NCBI RefSeq assembly: GCF_963921235.1 | Contig: NC_086097.1 | Coordinates: 42,596,001 to 42,660,000 of the forward strand | Origin: Mobula hypostoma | Lineage: Eukaryota | DNA length: 64,000 nt | Direction of reading: 5' to 3' | In this document: piece after piece, positions 26,024-40,124 of the stretch | How positions within the stretch are numbered: the stretch's first letter is position 1 | How the letters are laid out: each line of letters begins with the position of its first letter | Translations under genes and position numbers: made by a program | Notes under the pieces: model-generated | Database searches by the model: none | What the model was told of the DNA's origin: nothing | What the model saw: the letters and a program-made list of their open reading frames with translations, nothing else

Positions 26024-26340
26024 AAAGGGGGAGTCTAGTACAAGAGGGCATGATTTAAGGATTGAAGGACGCCCATTCAGAACAGAGATGCAAAGAAATT
26101 TTTTTTAGCCAGAGGGTGGTGAAACTATGGAACTTGTTGCCACAGGCGGCAGTAGAGGCCAAGTTATTGTGTGTATTTAAGGCAGAGATTGATAGGTATC
26201 TGAGTAGCCAGGGCATCAAAGGTTACGGTGAGAAGGCGGAGGACTGGGACTAAATGGGAGAATGGATCAGCTCATGATAAAGTGGCAGAGCAGACTCGAT
26301 GGGCCGAATGGCCGACTTCTGCTCCTTTGTCTTATGGTCT
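26024..26340 (+). mobile_element. CR1 3' end, young family
   Basis: Near-identical to the reverse complement of ~48710-49020. Confidence 0.9.
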
Positions 26341-26753
26341 AAAATATAGTTCACATACATACTTTGCTCAGATGAATTCAGTTCAGTGTCTTTATTTTGC
26401 GGAGTCCTGTTTTTTTCAGTTAATTATGATGGAACTGTTAATACAAAAACAATGAAAAAACAAAATTAGATTGTGTGTAAAAAAACAAGATGTCATTTTA
26501 CCACAGTGTATTCCGCGTGTCACTGAACAGCAATTTCAAACCCATAATGTTTTAGTTGAGTTCAAAATGTTCTATTGCCATTGTTAAATCACTCAACAAT
26601 TTAATATGGATTTAATCCATTTGAAGTTTACTCTACTGGTCTTGTTAATCATTGAAAAACATTAATCATTAAAACAAGCACTTAGGTCGATAAACACAAC
26701 TTAGCAAAAGAGTAAAGTTTGATTGGAGCTCCATCTTCTGCCTTTCTCTACAG

Positions 26754-27569
26754 AAATTTCTTGTCATGTGTCTTTCCTCACTTCATAAGAGAAACAAATA
26801 TCCTTCAAGGAAGAAAATGTGATCTTTATCCAGCCTGCACTTTTTGTGTGTCTTGGCCCACCAACCTGGTCTATACTGAACTGGGCTTTAAAACGTCCTT
26901 CAGTTAAAATGTCCTTCAGCACCCCACTTGGAGTACTGTGTTCAGTTCTGGTCACCTCACTACAGGAAGGATGTGGATGCTATAGAGAGAGTGCAGAGAA
27001 GATTTACAAGGATGTTGCCTAGATTGAAGGGTGTACCTTATGAGAAGTGGTTGAGTGTACTTGGCCTTTTCTCCTTGGAGCAATGGAGGATGAGAGGTGA
27101 CCTGATAGAGGTTTATAAGATGATGAGGGGCATTGATCATGTGGATAGTCAGAGGCTTTTTCCCAGGGCTGAAATGGCTAACACGAGGGGGCATAGTTTT
27201 AAGGTGTTTGGAATGGGTACCAAGGAGGTGTCAAGGGTAAATGTTTCACACAGAGAGAGGTGTGTGCATGGAATGCACTACTGGCGGTGGCGGTGGAAGC
27301 AGATAAAATAGGGTCTTTTAAGAGTATCTAAGATAGGTACATGGAGCTTAGAAAAATAGAGGGCTATGTGCTAGGGAAATTCTAGGCAGTGTCTAGAGTA
27401 GGTTACATGGCTGGCACAAATATAATGTGCTCTAAATTTCTATGTTCTATGTTAAGAGGGTAATTGGAGATGGACAACAAATAATGGTTTTGTCAAAAAT
27501 ATCCATGAAAGAATTATAATTAGAAAACAAAACTTGACGACACACAACTTTGTTTACATTTAGGGATAG
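26754..27569 (+). pseudogene. Probable decayed exon split by a CR1 insertion
   Basis: Acceptor cctttctctacag ends 26753, donor gtgagc at 27570; ISCHVSFLTS*EKQISFKEENVIFIQP..WSILNW then IGDGQQ / THNFVY (weak PKD-domain resemblance). Confidence 0.35.
26920..27452 (+). mobile_element. CR1 3' fragment
   Basis: EYCVQFWSPHYRKDV..ERVQRRFTRM; ttctatg tail. Confidence 0.9.
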
Positions 27570-28287
27570 GTGAGCGTCTATGGAAATCAATTTCACCTCA
27601 ATATGTGTCTTTGTCCCATTAGGAAAGTGCTAACTATAACTAAGAATCTGAAGGGTATTTTGGAAATTACAAGTTATCTAAAGTTGAACAACAAGGATTA
27701 TATCAGCCTTCAGGACAAAATTTACAACAGAAACAAACTGCTATCTCAACAGATTTGCTTTTGCAGGATACGAGCACAATGACAGGGCAGCATTTATTGC
27801 CCATTCTAATTGCACCTCTGAAAGTGAAGGTGAGCTGTCTTTGTGAAGGCTTGTCGTCGGTGGTGTGGTGTTGTTCCACTGTGCTGTTGAATTGGGGTTT
27901 CCAGGATTTGGTCCCACTTACAAAGAAGAACCACGTCAAGACTGTGTGTGACTTGGGGGGATCCCGTATGTGGTGGTGTTGTCAGAACTGCTTCAGGTTA
28001 TACAGATGTGAAATAGCCTGCATTTTACACAGCTTTACAAGAACTGAAACAAAATACACCATTTATTAATTTAGTAACACCAAAAAGTAGAGCAGAATAT
28101 TATAATTGACTTGCAACATACAGAAGGATTAACATATTAACTAAGTAGTTGAGAAAAGAATGAGAAAATGTCATAAGAAATCTAGATAAGTGATCAAGAA
28201 AGTTAAAAAGAAGTGAGAATATGAATAAGAAATTAAAAAAGGAGGGAGAGAGAAAATAGGGAACTACTGACCTGTTAGCCTCGTATC

Positions 28288-29902
28288 CATAAAACCATAC
28301 GGCATTGGAGCAGAATTAGGCCATTCAGCCCATCAAGTCTGCCCCGCCATTCCATCATGGCTTATCCTGGATCCCACTCAACCCTATACACCTGCCTTCT
28401 GGCCATATTAACTTCCGCCTTAAATATATGCACAGACTTAGCCTCCACTGCAATGTGCAGCAGAGCATTCCACGGACTCACTACACCCTGGCTAAAAAAA
28501 AATTCCTTCTTTCCTCTGTTCTAAAGGGACACCCCTCAATTTTGTGCCCTCTAATTCTGGATACCCCCACCATAGGAAATATCCTCTCCGCATCCATCCG
28601 ATCTAGTCCTTTCAAAATTCGGTAGATTTCAATGAGATCCCCTCACATTCTTCTAAGTTCCAGTGAGTACAGGCCCAAAGCCGCCAAATACTCCTCATAT
28701 GTTAACCCTTTCATTCCTGGAAACATCCTCGTGAACCTCCTCTGGACTCCCTCCAATGATAACACATCCTTTCTGAGATATGGGCCCAAAACTGTTGACA
28801 ATACTCCAAATATGACCTGACTAATGTCTTATAAAGGCTCAGCATTACCTTATTGCCTTTATATTCTATTTCCCTTGAAATAAATGCCGACGTTGCATTT
28901 TCCTTCTTTACCACAGACTCAACCTGTAAATTAACATTCTGGGAGTCTTGTACGAGGGCTCCTAAGTCCCTCTGCACCTCTGATGTTTGAACCTTTTCCC
29001 CATTTAGATAACAGACTGCACTATGGATCCTTTTACCAAAATGTGTTATCATACATTTCCCAACACTGTATTCCATCTGCCACCTTTTTGCCCATTCTTC
29101 CAATTTGCCAAAGTCCTGCTCCAATTGCATTGCTTCCTCAGCACTACCTACACCTAACACTTATCTTCATATCATTCACAAACATTGCCACAAAGCCATC
29201 AATTCCATTATCCAAATCATTGACAAACAATGTAAAGAGTAGCGGTCCCAACACTGACCCCTGAGGAACACCACTAGTCACTGGCAGCCAACCAGAAAAG
29301 TCCCCCTTTACTCCCACTCACTGCCGCCTGCCTGTCAGCCATTCCTCTATCCATGCCAGTATCTTTCCTGTAACACAATAGGATTTTACCTTATTAAGCA
29401 GCCTCATGTGTGGCACCTTATCAAATGCCTTCTAAGAATCCACGTAAATGACATCCACTGCCTCTCTTTTGTCCACCCTGCTTGTTACTTCCTCGAAGAA
29501 CTCTAACAGATTTGTCAGGCAAGGTTTCCCTTTACAGAAACCATGCTGACTTTGACTTATTTTATCATTAGTCTCCTAGTACTCTGAAACCTCATCCTTA
29601 ATAATAGACTCCAACACTTTCCCAGCCACTAAGGTTAGGCTAACTGCCTATAATTTCCTTTCTTTTGCCTTCCTCGCTTCTTAAAGAAGTGAAGTGACAT
29701 TTGCAATCCTCCAGTCCCCCAGGACCATGCCAGAATCTAGGGATTCTTGAAAGATCATGACCAATGCATCTGTTGTCTCTTCAGCAATCTCTCTCGGAAC
29801 TCTGGGATGTTGTCCATCTGGCCCAGGTGATTTATCCACCTTAAGACCTTTGAGTTTGCCTAGAACTTTTCCTTTGTAATAACAATGGTACTGACTCCTG
29901 CT
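28288..29902 (-). mobile_element. CR1 LINE, degraded RT
   Basis: ORF 28711-29160 and upstream VPQGSVLGP remnant. Confidence 0.9.
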
Positions 29903-31367
29903 GTTAGATCACCGGGGAGGAAATGGTGAAATCTTTAGTGAAAGCTATAATAACAGGGCACCTTGAAAGGGCTAATAGGAATGACAAAAGTCAGGAAAGA
30001 TTTACGAAAGGAAACTCTTGTTAGACTAATCAGCTGGAGTTATTTGAGGATACAGCTATTAGAAAAGCATGTGGGGTAGTCTAGGTCCGGAGGGCACAGC
30101 CTCAAAATAAAGGACGTCCCTTTAGAACTGAGAGGCAGAGGAATTTCTTCAGCCAGAGGGTGTTGAATCTGTGGAATTCATTCCCACAGACAGCAGTGGA
30201 GGCCAAGTCATTGGGTATATTTAAAGTAGAAGTTGATAGGTTCTAGATTAGTAAGGGTGTCAAAGGTCATGGGGTGAAGGCAAGAGAATGGGGTTGAGAG
30301 GGGTAATAAATCAGCCGAGATGGAATGGCAGAACAGACACAATGGTCAAAATGGCCTAGTTGAGCTCTGCTTCTCTCTCCATCCTGGAATACTGGATTTG
30401 AAGAAGTCTGCTCTGGTTTTGATGTATCTGCATCTGTGGAGGATTTGTTTATTTACACTTCGGTTTCACATCAGTAAAATAGATTAAATGGGGAGGCTTG
30501 AACGTTTGTCATTATTTTTCTCTAGCAGGCATGTGATCCCATTGTGAAAATATAGTTCCCTTGAAATTGCCTTTCCAGGCAGTGGGAAGGTAAGCCTCAG
30601 GTACTGGGCTGTTGAAGTCTTGCACCAGAAAAAGCCAGGCAGCCTTTAAGAGACTGGGGTGGATCCTCACCTTCCGAGGAAGTTAGGAGGATTTTGTTTA
30701 GAATTTTTAACTGTTTCTGATCAGACAACAAAATATTTAAAACAGTTAATTAATCAAAATAATTAAAACCGTTAGAACAAAATGAGTAAAAAATAAATAT
30801 GCTACTTTTTCCCATTCAGAACAAAGCAAACTCTAAGCCTACACCCCACAAGTCGGGTCAGAAAGACAGGCTCCCAGTGTAATACTGCCCCCAGCACAAT
30901 CCATGCTGATTTGATTTGTTGCAAATGATGCATTTCACTGTATGCTTTGATGTACATATGACAAATAAAGCTCGTCTTTAAATCGATAATCACTTTAAAA
31001 AGTCAGGGCTCTATGTAAAATGACTCCACATCACCAATAACGCAGATGGTTGATGCAGACTAATGGTAGTGTTCTGGAAATTTTAATTTTATATAGAAAT
31101 AGGAAAGCATTTTAAGAGGTTTTCTACAGGCTCAGAGAAAGGGTTTAAAGGTCTCCACTGCCAAGAAAATCTTAAAACATCTCATCTAACTTTTAATAAA
31201 GCATGGAGGAAGTTTGAAACTCAAACCTTTCAGTCTGTAAATGTTGATGCATAGTCAATGCTAGCCTGCATAACTTTTTCAAGTCTGGTGCAATACTAGT
31301 GAACTTGTTCCTATACTGATTTTATTAATATTAATGGAAACAATTATAATCTTAAAACTATCTTTAG

Positions 31368-31650
31368 TGAGATTAATTTCAATTGTAATTTTGATCTTCA
31401 TTGGAAGAGTCTAATGAAAACTCTTCAATTCACATTTATTATGCAGAACGAGTATGAACTCTGTTCTAAGCCTTAAATCAATAAAATTACAATTACACTA
31501 TCAGAAATCCTTTAAACTGTGATAGCAGCACATTAATGTATATATCCTGGAAGTTTATTGAATGATTGTAGTAGGTCATCCAATGTCAAACTCCTTTAAT
31601 TCTTATTGCTTCTGGCTCTCAATATCTACTATCTAAAGATACATGAAATG
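31368..31650 (+). pseudogene. Decayed REJ-module exon (polycystin-1-like)
   Basis: Acceptor ends 31367, donor gtaaaa at 31651; CSKP*I..ITI then one frame from 31512: LNCDSSTLMYISWKFIE*L**VIQCQTPLILIASGSQYLLSKDT*N(G), matching the REJ C..P / LxC...W / L..TL..G pattern. Confidence 0.6.
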
Positions 31651-31793
31651 GTAAAATATTTGCAGGTATACGAAGGAACATATAAATCTCATTGTGCATA
31701 AGACTGATGACTGATTGACCATGGTTCTATTTCTCAAATGGTCTGATTACCCACGGGTCTGATTTCTGACAGGACTAATCGTCAACCAGTCTG

Positions 31794-31824
<31 letters not shown>

Positions 31825-32167
31825 GGGGCTGATTGTCCATTAGTGTGATTACTGATATGACTAATTTTCCAATGGTCTGGTTGTCTATGTGCATTACTTT
31901 CAATTGGTTTGATGTCCATGTATTAACTGTTAAAACAGGTCAACAGCAGGTGCCATTTCATTGGTTCTTCACTGAGCCCTGGGATGTCTGAACAGCAAAG
32001 GTGAATACATCAGGATATTCTTCATTGACTACACCTTGACATTCAATACTATCAACCCCTCAAAACTAATCAATAAGCTCCAAGTCTTCGGCCTTAATGC
32101 CTCCTTGTGCTACTGGATCCTGGATCTCTTCACTTGCAGACCCCAGTCAGTTTGGATTGGCAGCAAT

Positions 32168-35100
32168 GTGTGAGCTCGCCGTGCAAGGCAGCAGCTCGTT
32201 ACAGTAGCTCCGTGTGTCTGTTTGTCTTAACGTTATTTAATGTGTTTTGTTTATTTGCTTTTGTACTGGCTAGCAACACTGCGAAATAAAAATGGACATT
32301 AATCTGTTTAAGAATATTTTCACCATCCTTCTGGCTCTCTGGATACTTTATTTCATTGAGTGCTGTGACTACAGGAGTGGAGGCAATATTGTACATACGA
32401 GGGAGCAGCTACTAGCAGCCGGGAAGCAGCCTTTATTTGCCTAGCTGAAGCTAGATATTCTGGACAAGCTGAGACGGAGATACCACGGCTGCAGATCAGG
32501 TAAAAAGCGGCACAACAAGAGACAGATATATAAACCGTATCTCCCATCTATCATTATGGGGAACGTAAGATCACTGTCAACTAAGATGGAGGAACTAGCA
32601 ATACTTACGAGGACACAGAACAAGTACTGGGAATGCAGCATTATGTGTTTCACTGAGACATGGCTACACGAGCAAATCCCGGATTCCAACGTCACTGTGA
32701 ATGGGTTTACAATGAAATGAGCAGATAGGGTTAATCTACAGTGTGGTAAGAGGAAGGGAGGTGGGCTTGCTGTACTTGTGAACAACTGATGGTAGTCCAG
32801 GTGCAGAGGTACCCAAAGCTCCCTCAACACCAATGCCTCCCCTCCTCCCTCCTCCCCTTCTAATTCAACATGTGGATGAACGACATAGGCTATCACTAGT
32901 GACTATTGACTATTGCAGTGACTAGTGGGATACCGCAAGGCTCAGTGCTGGGACCCCAGTTGTTTACAATATATATTAATGACTTAGACGAGGGAATTAA
33001 ATAATGCAACATCTCCAAGTTTGCGGATGACACGAAGCTGGGCGGCAGTGTTAGCTGTGAGGAGGATGCTAAGAGGATGCAGGGTGACTTGGATAGGTTA
33101 GGTGAGTGGGCAAATTCATAGCAGATGCAATTTAATGTGGATAAATGTCAGATTATCCACTTTGGTGGCAAGAACAGGAAAACAGATTATTATCGGAATG
33201 GTGGCCAATTAGGAAAAGGGGAGGTGCAACGAGAGCTGGGTGTCATTGTACACCAGTCACTGAAAGTGGGCATGCAGGTACAGCAGGCGGTGAAAAAGGC
33301 AAATGGTATGCTGGCATTCGTAGCAAGAGGATTCGAATACAGGAGCAGGGAGGTACTACTGCAGTTGTACAAGGCCTTAGTGAGACCACACCTGGAGTAT
33401 TGTGTGTAGTTTTGGTCCCCTAATCTGAGGAAAGACATTCTTGCCATAGAGGGAGTACAAAGAAAGTTCACCAGATTGATTCCTGGGATGGCAGGACTTT
33501 CATATGAAGAAAGACTGGATCGACTAGGCTTATTCTCACCAGAATTTAGAAGATTGAGGGGGGATCTTATTGAAATGTATAAAATTCAAAAGGGATTGGA
33601 CAGGCTAAGATTGTTCCCGATGTTGGGGAAGTCCAGAACAAGGGGTCACAGTTTAAGGATAAAGGGGAAGCCTTTTAGGACCAAGATGAGGAAAAACTTC
33701 TTCACACAGAGAGTGGTAAATCTGTGGAATTCTCTGCCACAGGAAACAGTTGAGGCCAGTTCATTGGCTATATTTAAGAGGGAGTTAGATATGGCCCTTG
33801 TGGCTAAAGGGATCAGAGGGGGTATGGAGAGAAGGCAGGTACAGGGTTCTGAGTTGGATGATCAGCCATGATCATACTGAATGTCGGTGCAGGCTCGAAG
33901 GGCCGAATAGCCTACTCCTGCACCTATTTTCTATGTTTCTATCACTGTCCACATTCCCTCCTTTCCCTGCACCTACCATCCACACCTCCACATACCAACT
34001 GCTATTGTCCTGATCTTTACTTTCCCTGGTCCTCACCTTCCACCAACTCTCCAGTCATTATGGACTCACCTTCCCTACTGAGCAGGTGAGAAGGGCTTTG
34101 GGGAAAGTCAGACATGGCAAGGCATTGGGACCAGATGGTGTGAACCCCAGAGTCCTGAAGGAACGTGCTGAGCAGCTGTGTGGATTTCTCCAATCTGAGT
34201 CTCGGCCTGGAAAGGGTCTTAACTGTGTGGAAAACATCACGGGTAGTCCCAGTACCCAGTACCCAAAAAGGGCCAACCAAAAGTCTTCAATGACTTAGTG
34301 GCCTGACCTCACACATCATGAAGACCCTACAGAGGCTGGTCCTGGCTCACCTCCAGCCCCTGGTCTGATCAGCCTTCAATCCCCTGCACTTTGCTGACCA
34401 GGAGCACATTGGAGTCGATGATGCTGTTATCTACCTGCTGAACAGAGAACACTCCCATTTGGATAAGCAGGGCAGCAATGTGAGGATCATGTTTTTTGAT
34501 TTCTCAAGTGCCCTCGATACCATACAGCCCTCACTGTTGGGGGAAAAGCTCCATTCAATGCAGATTGGCACTTCCATTGGATCCTGGATAATGGACTACC
34601 TGACTGGCACCACAGTCTGTGCAGCTTCAGAGCTGTGTGTCAGACATGGTTATAAGTAGCACTGTTGCCCCCATAGGGAACTGTATTGGCTCCCTTTCCT
34701 GTTTACCCTGTATACCTCCGACTTTAGATACAACACTGAGTCATGTCATCTGCAGAAAGTCTCTGATGACTCAGCAATAGCTGGGTGTATAAAGGGAGGA
34801 CAGGAGGATGAATACAGGGCCCTGGTGGAGGACTTTCTCAAATAGTGCAAGCTGAATCATCAGCAGCTCAACCTCAGTAAGCTAAAGAAGATGGTGATGG
34901 ACTTTGGGAAGACTAAGCCTGCACTGCTCCCTGTTACTATTGATGGTGAGGATGTGGATGTAGTGAGGACCTACACGTACCTGGATGCCAGACTTGAGTG
35001 GAGCACCAACACAGAGGCTGTGTACAAGAAGGGCCAGAGTCACCTCTACTTCCTGAGGAAACTGAGGTCTTTGGGAGTATCTCCCTCACATGTTCTACCA

Positions 35101-35575
35101 GTTAGCTATCACGAGTACAATCTTCTATGTGGTGGTGTACTGGGGAAAAGGCTTCAACACGGGTAATGCCAACAAGCTCAATAAACTGATTAGAAAGGCT
35201 GTCTCTGTTATAAGAGTCAAACTGGACACACTGGAGGCTGTGGTAAAACAAAGGACCTTATGGAAAATCCTGACAATTCTGGACAATGTTTTCCATCCTC
35301 TGCATGCTACCTTGGCTGAACAGAGGAGTACCTTTAGTAATAAACCAAGACCACTGTGCTACTCCAAAGAACGCTATATGAGCTTACCCTCAGTCATTAG
35401 GCTCTATAATGAGTCAACCTATAGCCAGGGATGTGCTGACCCCCTCCTGTTACACTGCGGTAACTTATTTTTTATTCTTTCTGCTTCTCTTCTAATATTT
35501 ATGTTCATGCTCTTGTACTGTTACTGTGACAATGTATTTTCCTTTGGGATCAATAAAGTACCTGTCTATCTAACT
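32168..35575 (+). mobile_element. Rex1/Babar element B with 5' end and APE start, internally deleted
   Basis: LPSIIMGNVRSL..MCFTETWL at ~32540; RIMFFDFSSA; KKGQSHLYFLRKL. Confidence 0.85.
32920..33941 (+). mobile_element. CR1 3' part nested in Rex element B
   Basis: [24 protein letters not shown]; ttctatg tail. Confidence 0.92.
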
Positions 35576-37047
35576 AACATCTCCACCATCTCCCTTACCA
35601 TAGGTTCAGCACAGGGCTGTGTGCTTAAACTCTGCTCTACTGCTTTACACTTATGACTGTGAGGCTAAGCACAGCCCCAATGCCATATTTGAGTTTGCTG
35701 ACAACTCCACTATAGTGCAGTGAATCAAAGATTGTAAAGAATAAACATACAGGAGGGAAATTGAAAATCTGGCTCAGTGATGCCACAACAACAACCCCTC
35801 ACTCAACGTCAGCAAGCCCAAGGAGATGACTTCAAAAGGAGGAAACCAGAGGTCCATGAACCAATCAGAGGTGGAGAGGCTCAGCAACTTTAAATTCCTT
35901 GGAGTCATCATTTCTGAAGTTCTGTCCTGGGTCCAGTACACAAAGGCCATTATGAAGAAAGCACAGCAGCATCTTTACTTTTTGAGAAGTTTGTGAAGAT
36001 TTGGCATGTCATCGAAAACTTCGACAGACATCTATAGATGTGTAGTGGAGAGTATATTCACTTTTTGCATCATGGCCTGGTATAGAAATATCAATGCCTT
36101 TGTACAGAAAACCCTACAAAAAGAAGTGGATACGGCCCAGTCCATCACAGGTAAGGCACCCCCAACACTGAGCAGATCTATGTGGAGCACTGTTGCAGGA
36201 AAGCAGCATCCATCATCAAGCAATACCCACCATCTAGGCCATGCTCTCTTCTCACTGCTGCCATTAGAAGAAGACGCAGGAGCCTTAAGACCCACACCAC
36301 TAGGTTCAGAAACAGTTATTACCCCTCAACCATCAGGCCCTTGAACCAGAGAGGGTAACTTCACTAAACTACACTCACCACATCACAGAACTGTTCTCTC
36401 AACCTATGGATTCACTTTCAAGTACTCTTCATCTCATGCTCTCAATATTTATTGCTTATTTATGTATTATTATTTTTTTTTCATTCTTCTTGGGTTTTTT
36501 TGTACGCTGGTTGTTGTCCATCTTGTTGGGTATGGTGTTTCATTGATTCTATTGCATTTCTTGTAGTTACTGTGATTACCTGCAAGAAATGCATTCACAT
36601 ATATGCACTTCGATAATAAATTTACTTTGAACTTCGAACTTTGAATTTTGGTCAAATTGTTTACTCTTATGATTGTTGACTCTGTGACTGGTCTTGGGTA
36701 TATTTGTCAACCAATCTAACTGGCCATGTTAGATTCTCTGGTTTAATGACTCTATAGTCTGATTATCTATGATCAGATTACCAATGTTTAACATATTTGT
36801 TAAACTCAAACTTGGGTTTTGCCTTTTGAATTGAAGCTACAGTAAGTTGTCTGTGACACTTCAAAAGAATGTCTGAAACATAACTAAAAATAACTGAAAA
36901 TCAATGCAGCTGGAAGCAGAGAATTCTCAGTTATGTGCTTCAATTTGCTCATTTTCTGCATGGATGACATAATTAGTCTATTACGAAAAAAAATCTACTG
37001 CAATAAATATCACATTTTCACAATACATATAGGAATTTGATTCTTAG

Positions 37048-37830
37048 GCAATGGTTTCACCAAACTTGATTACATTTGAAGTGGAAACAACTCCAGTATT
37101 AAGACAAAATCCAGCCACACAAAATATAGTCAATAAGATCCATTAAAGTTCATAAATCACAATATTTTGCCAGAGATTTAATCAAAAAAATCAGATTGGA
37201 TAAATATTGGAACAGGAACGAATAAAAACCTGGCTGAGTATAAACATTTATAATTAATAGTTGACAGTCTAGTTTATCAAACCCCAAGAATCCAATTAGT
37301 TGTTAGAGAGATTTTTCATGTGAACATTCTAGTGCTGCCTTCAGCACCAAGAACAACAGAAACGACGTTTATTTATGCTAATATGGTAGCACTAAAAGTA
37401 TCTCAACACATCACATTTTTGCATCATACTTAATTCCTGAATTCTCCTATAAGATTTTTTGTCCTTATTTTATTTAGAGATGCTGTGTGGAACAGGCCCT
37501 TCCAGCTCAACGAGCCACGATGCCAGCAACCCACCGATTCAGCCCTGGCCTAATCTCAGGACAGTTTACAATGACCAATTAACCTACTAACTGGTCTGCT
37601 TTTTGATGTGGGATGAAACCAGAGGAAACCCATGCATTCCACGGGGAGGACATACGAACTCCTTAAAGAGGACACAGGAATTGAACTTCGAACTCTGACA
37701 CTCCAAGCTGTAATACGTAGCGTCATGCTGACCACTATGCTACCGTCAATTAAAAACTAAATGGCTAGGAAGATCTAAATGTGTTTCTCCTCTGTTAAAA
37801 TAAACCCCTGACCAGATTATTGCTTAAAGC
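37048..37830 (+). pseudogene. Decayed REJ-module exon interrupted by a SINE
   Basis: Acceptor ttcttag; IRSIKVHKSQYFA, INIGTGTNKNL, LIVD, SSLSNPKNP, SCEHSS, LC*YGSTK..IFASYLIPEFSYKIF follow the REJ order LDxSxSxDP..W.C..C...I...L...Y.F. Confidence 0.6.
37466..37747 (-). mobile_element. tRNA-derived SINE inserted in a pseudo-exon
   Basis: Homologous to 825-1122. Confidence 0.8.
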
Positions 37831-38284
37831 AATACCTCCACATTTTGTTGTCTTTATTGGTGGGATGGTTGATATGAATAAAGTGAAAGTCCCTTTTCAG
37901 GTAATCTAAATTGGAGGGGACGGGGGGGGGGGGTCGTGCATGACTATTTTACCTAGAAAGCTAAAGCTCTACATGCATTTATAGACAGATTCAAATAATG
38001 AGGTAAATAAAATGGCTTTTTTCTAAGTTTTTAGCACTTGGTTGGGACAATACTGAAATCAGCAGATACAGGAAGCCTGGCCACCATCTCCACAGTCATT
38101 GCTGTGCACTGCATTTTCTATCCAAAGTGACTGTAGCTGTAGAATCTGCAAAAAAATGTAGATTAATATCGTACATCATATTTAGTGCCATTCCCAAGAT
38201 CTAGAAGAGAACACTTTAGATTTTAAATATTTCAACTGAGGACATTAAAATCTGTTGCAAGTACAAACTCCTTACAGGCAGTAG

Positions 38285-39360
38285 TACACACAACGTGCTG
38301 GGGGAGCTCAGCAGGTCAGGCAGCGGCTATGGATGGGAATAAACAGTCGGCGTTTCGGGCCGACACTCTTCAGCAGGACAGCGGCGGGAGTCCTGTAAAG
38401 CATTGTACTCTGTTGTACCGTCTCTCCTCTTGGATTCAAGAGGAGAGAGTCAGTTAGCACAACTAGGAGCTTGAAGGCTTTGATGGGAAGAGTGTGCCAT
38501 GTGGGAAGCACACCCATACCCTGCGGTCCGCTTCAAATCTCACTTCAAACAAGATCCATCCCACCACTAGCTACATCTTCCCTTCCCCATCCCCCTCTTT
38601 TTGCTTTCCACAGGGACCACTCTCTCCATGACTTCCTAGTCGTCTCATCCTTTCCTGCCAACCTTTCTCACCCATTGATATTTTCTCCTGCAAACTAGGA
38701 GGTGCAACAGTTACCGTACACCTGCTCCGTCACACCATCCAGGATCTTTAACAGCCTTTACAGTGAGGCAGAGATTCACCTGCACCTCCTCTAAACTATT
38801 CGATTGCATTTGGTGTTGGTAATGTGGCTAAGTCTATATTGAAGAGACCAAGCAAGGACCAAACGTATCATTTTGCAGAGCACCTGCACTCCGTCCTCAA
38901 TGACCAAACACAACTTCCGTTTGCCTGTCATTTCAGCTCCCTTTCCTATCCCCACGCCAAACTGCCTGCTCCCTCTGGAGGCCAAATACAAACTAGAAAA
39001 GGAGAGCCTCATCTTTTGCTTGGCTAGCCTGCAGACCGATAGCACGGACAATGGGATTTCCAATTTCAGATAGCACACTGCTCTTCTGTTCCTTTCCCAT
39101 TCCAACCTGTTTATCCAATGTCCCTCCCAGTACACGCCCCCCAGTGCCTCAATATCAGCCTCATCTTGTCCACCAGCCTCCATCTCAACACTCCCCATCC
39201 CACACATTTCCATCTGTCTGTCATTGCCCCTGCCCATCTGGTACCTCCACCAGTCTCACCCCTCCCTGGCTATCTTCCTGATGCAGGGTCTCACTCCAAA
39301 ATGTAGACCATCGCTCTGGGTCCACTGATGCTGTTCGAGTTCTTCCATCAGTTTTTTTTT
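38285..39360 (+). mobile_element. Penelope-like element remnant with an inverted terminal piece (38285-38380)
   Basis: GIY-YIG remnant (FAEHL..HF..EKESLIFCL); degenerate hammerhead-bearing termini. Confidence 0.7.
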
Positions 39361-39457
39361 GATCCCCTGCTTCCCGGCCTCCTACCTCCCACTCCTGCCA
39401 CCATGAAGAGCCATTGTACTGCAGTAAAATTTAAATTAGGCTTCCTATTGTACTCAG

Positions 39458-39680
39458 ATGCCAATTTAAATATGTCAATGAAAGGTCCCACATCTGCACA
39501 AGACACTCACACAGCACAAAATCCATGCCATTAGGGTCATAATTTTCATTTCTGCTCATTGCTCTTCCCACAATGTGAGACATTGGGTTATACCGATCAC
39601 TCAGTCCAATTTTAAATAATTCAACAGTTTTCAAGTTGAAATTGAAGCTGTAACCAGATACATATTTTCAAATTCCAGTG
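39458..39680 (+). pseudogene. Possible decayed REJ exon
   Basis: Acceptor tactcag; VIPITQSNFK*FNSFQVEIEAV. Confidence 0.35.
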
Positions 39681-40124
39681 TGAAGTAAATTTAATAATGA
39701 CTAGGCATTAAGTCGATCAATTATCATGCCATATTAGCATCAGCTGAAGTGTAGGAAAACAGTAGCAATTAGGACATTGCTTCATTGTGCATTGTGTGTC
39801 TGGGCCGTGAAATTATTAATTTAAACAAATGATGCATGTAGATGAGAGCTACTCTGATTATCAGGCACTGAAACAAAAGCAGATGGAGCCAGATCTACCA
39901 TTTTGTTGTTGTGTGTGGGGTTGTATTGGCAGGGACTGGAATCAGATGTAGAGTTATGTTTAATATCACTGACATACATCAGTACAATGCAATATATAAA
40001 GCATACTATAAATTACAATTAAGAAATATATTTTAAAATAAGTAATGTAAAAAGAGAGCAAAAATACATAGGCCAAGCAAATGCAGTGAGGGAGTTTTCA
40101 TGGGTTCATTGACCACTGTGTACA

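Larger units (their letters stand above)
31960..36646 (+). mobile_element. Rex1/Babar element A (31960-32167 + 35576-36646)
   Basis: Reading WIGSN|ISTISLTIGSAQG is continuous across the insertion; ORF 36006; tail at ~36620. Confidence 0.75.

Noticed and set aside
30361..30589. Possible exon ending at donor gtaagc (ACDPIVK..)
   Set aside because: Position fits the pseudogene but the motif support is too weak to list as a feature.
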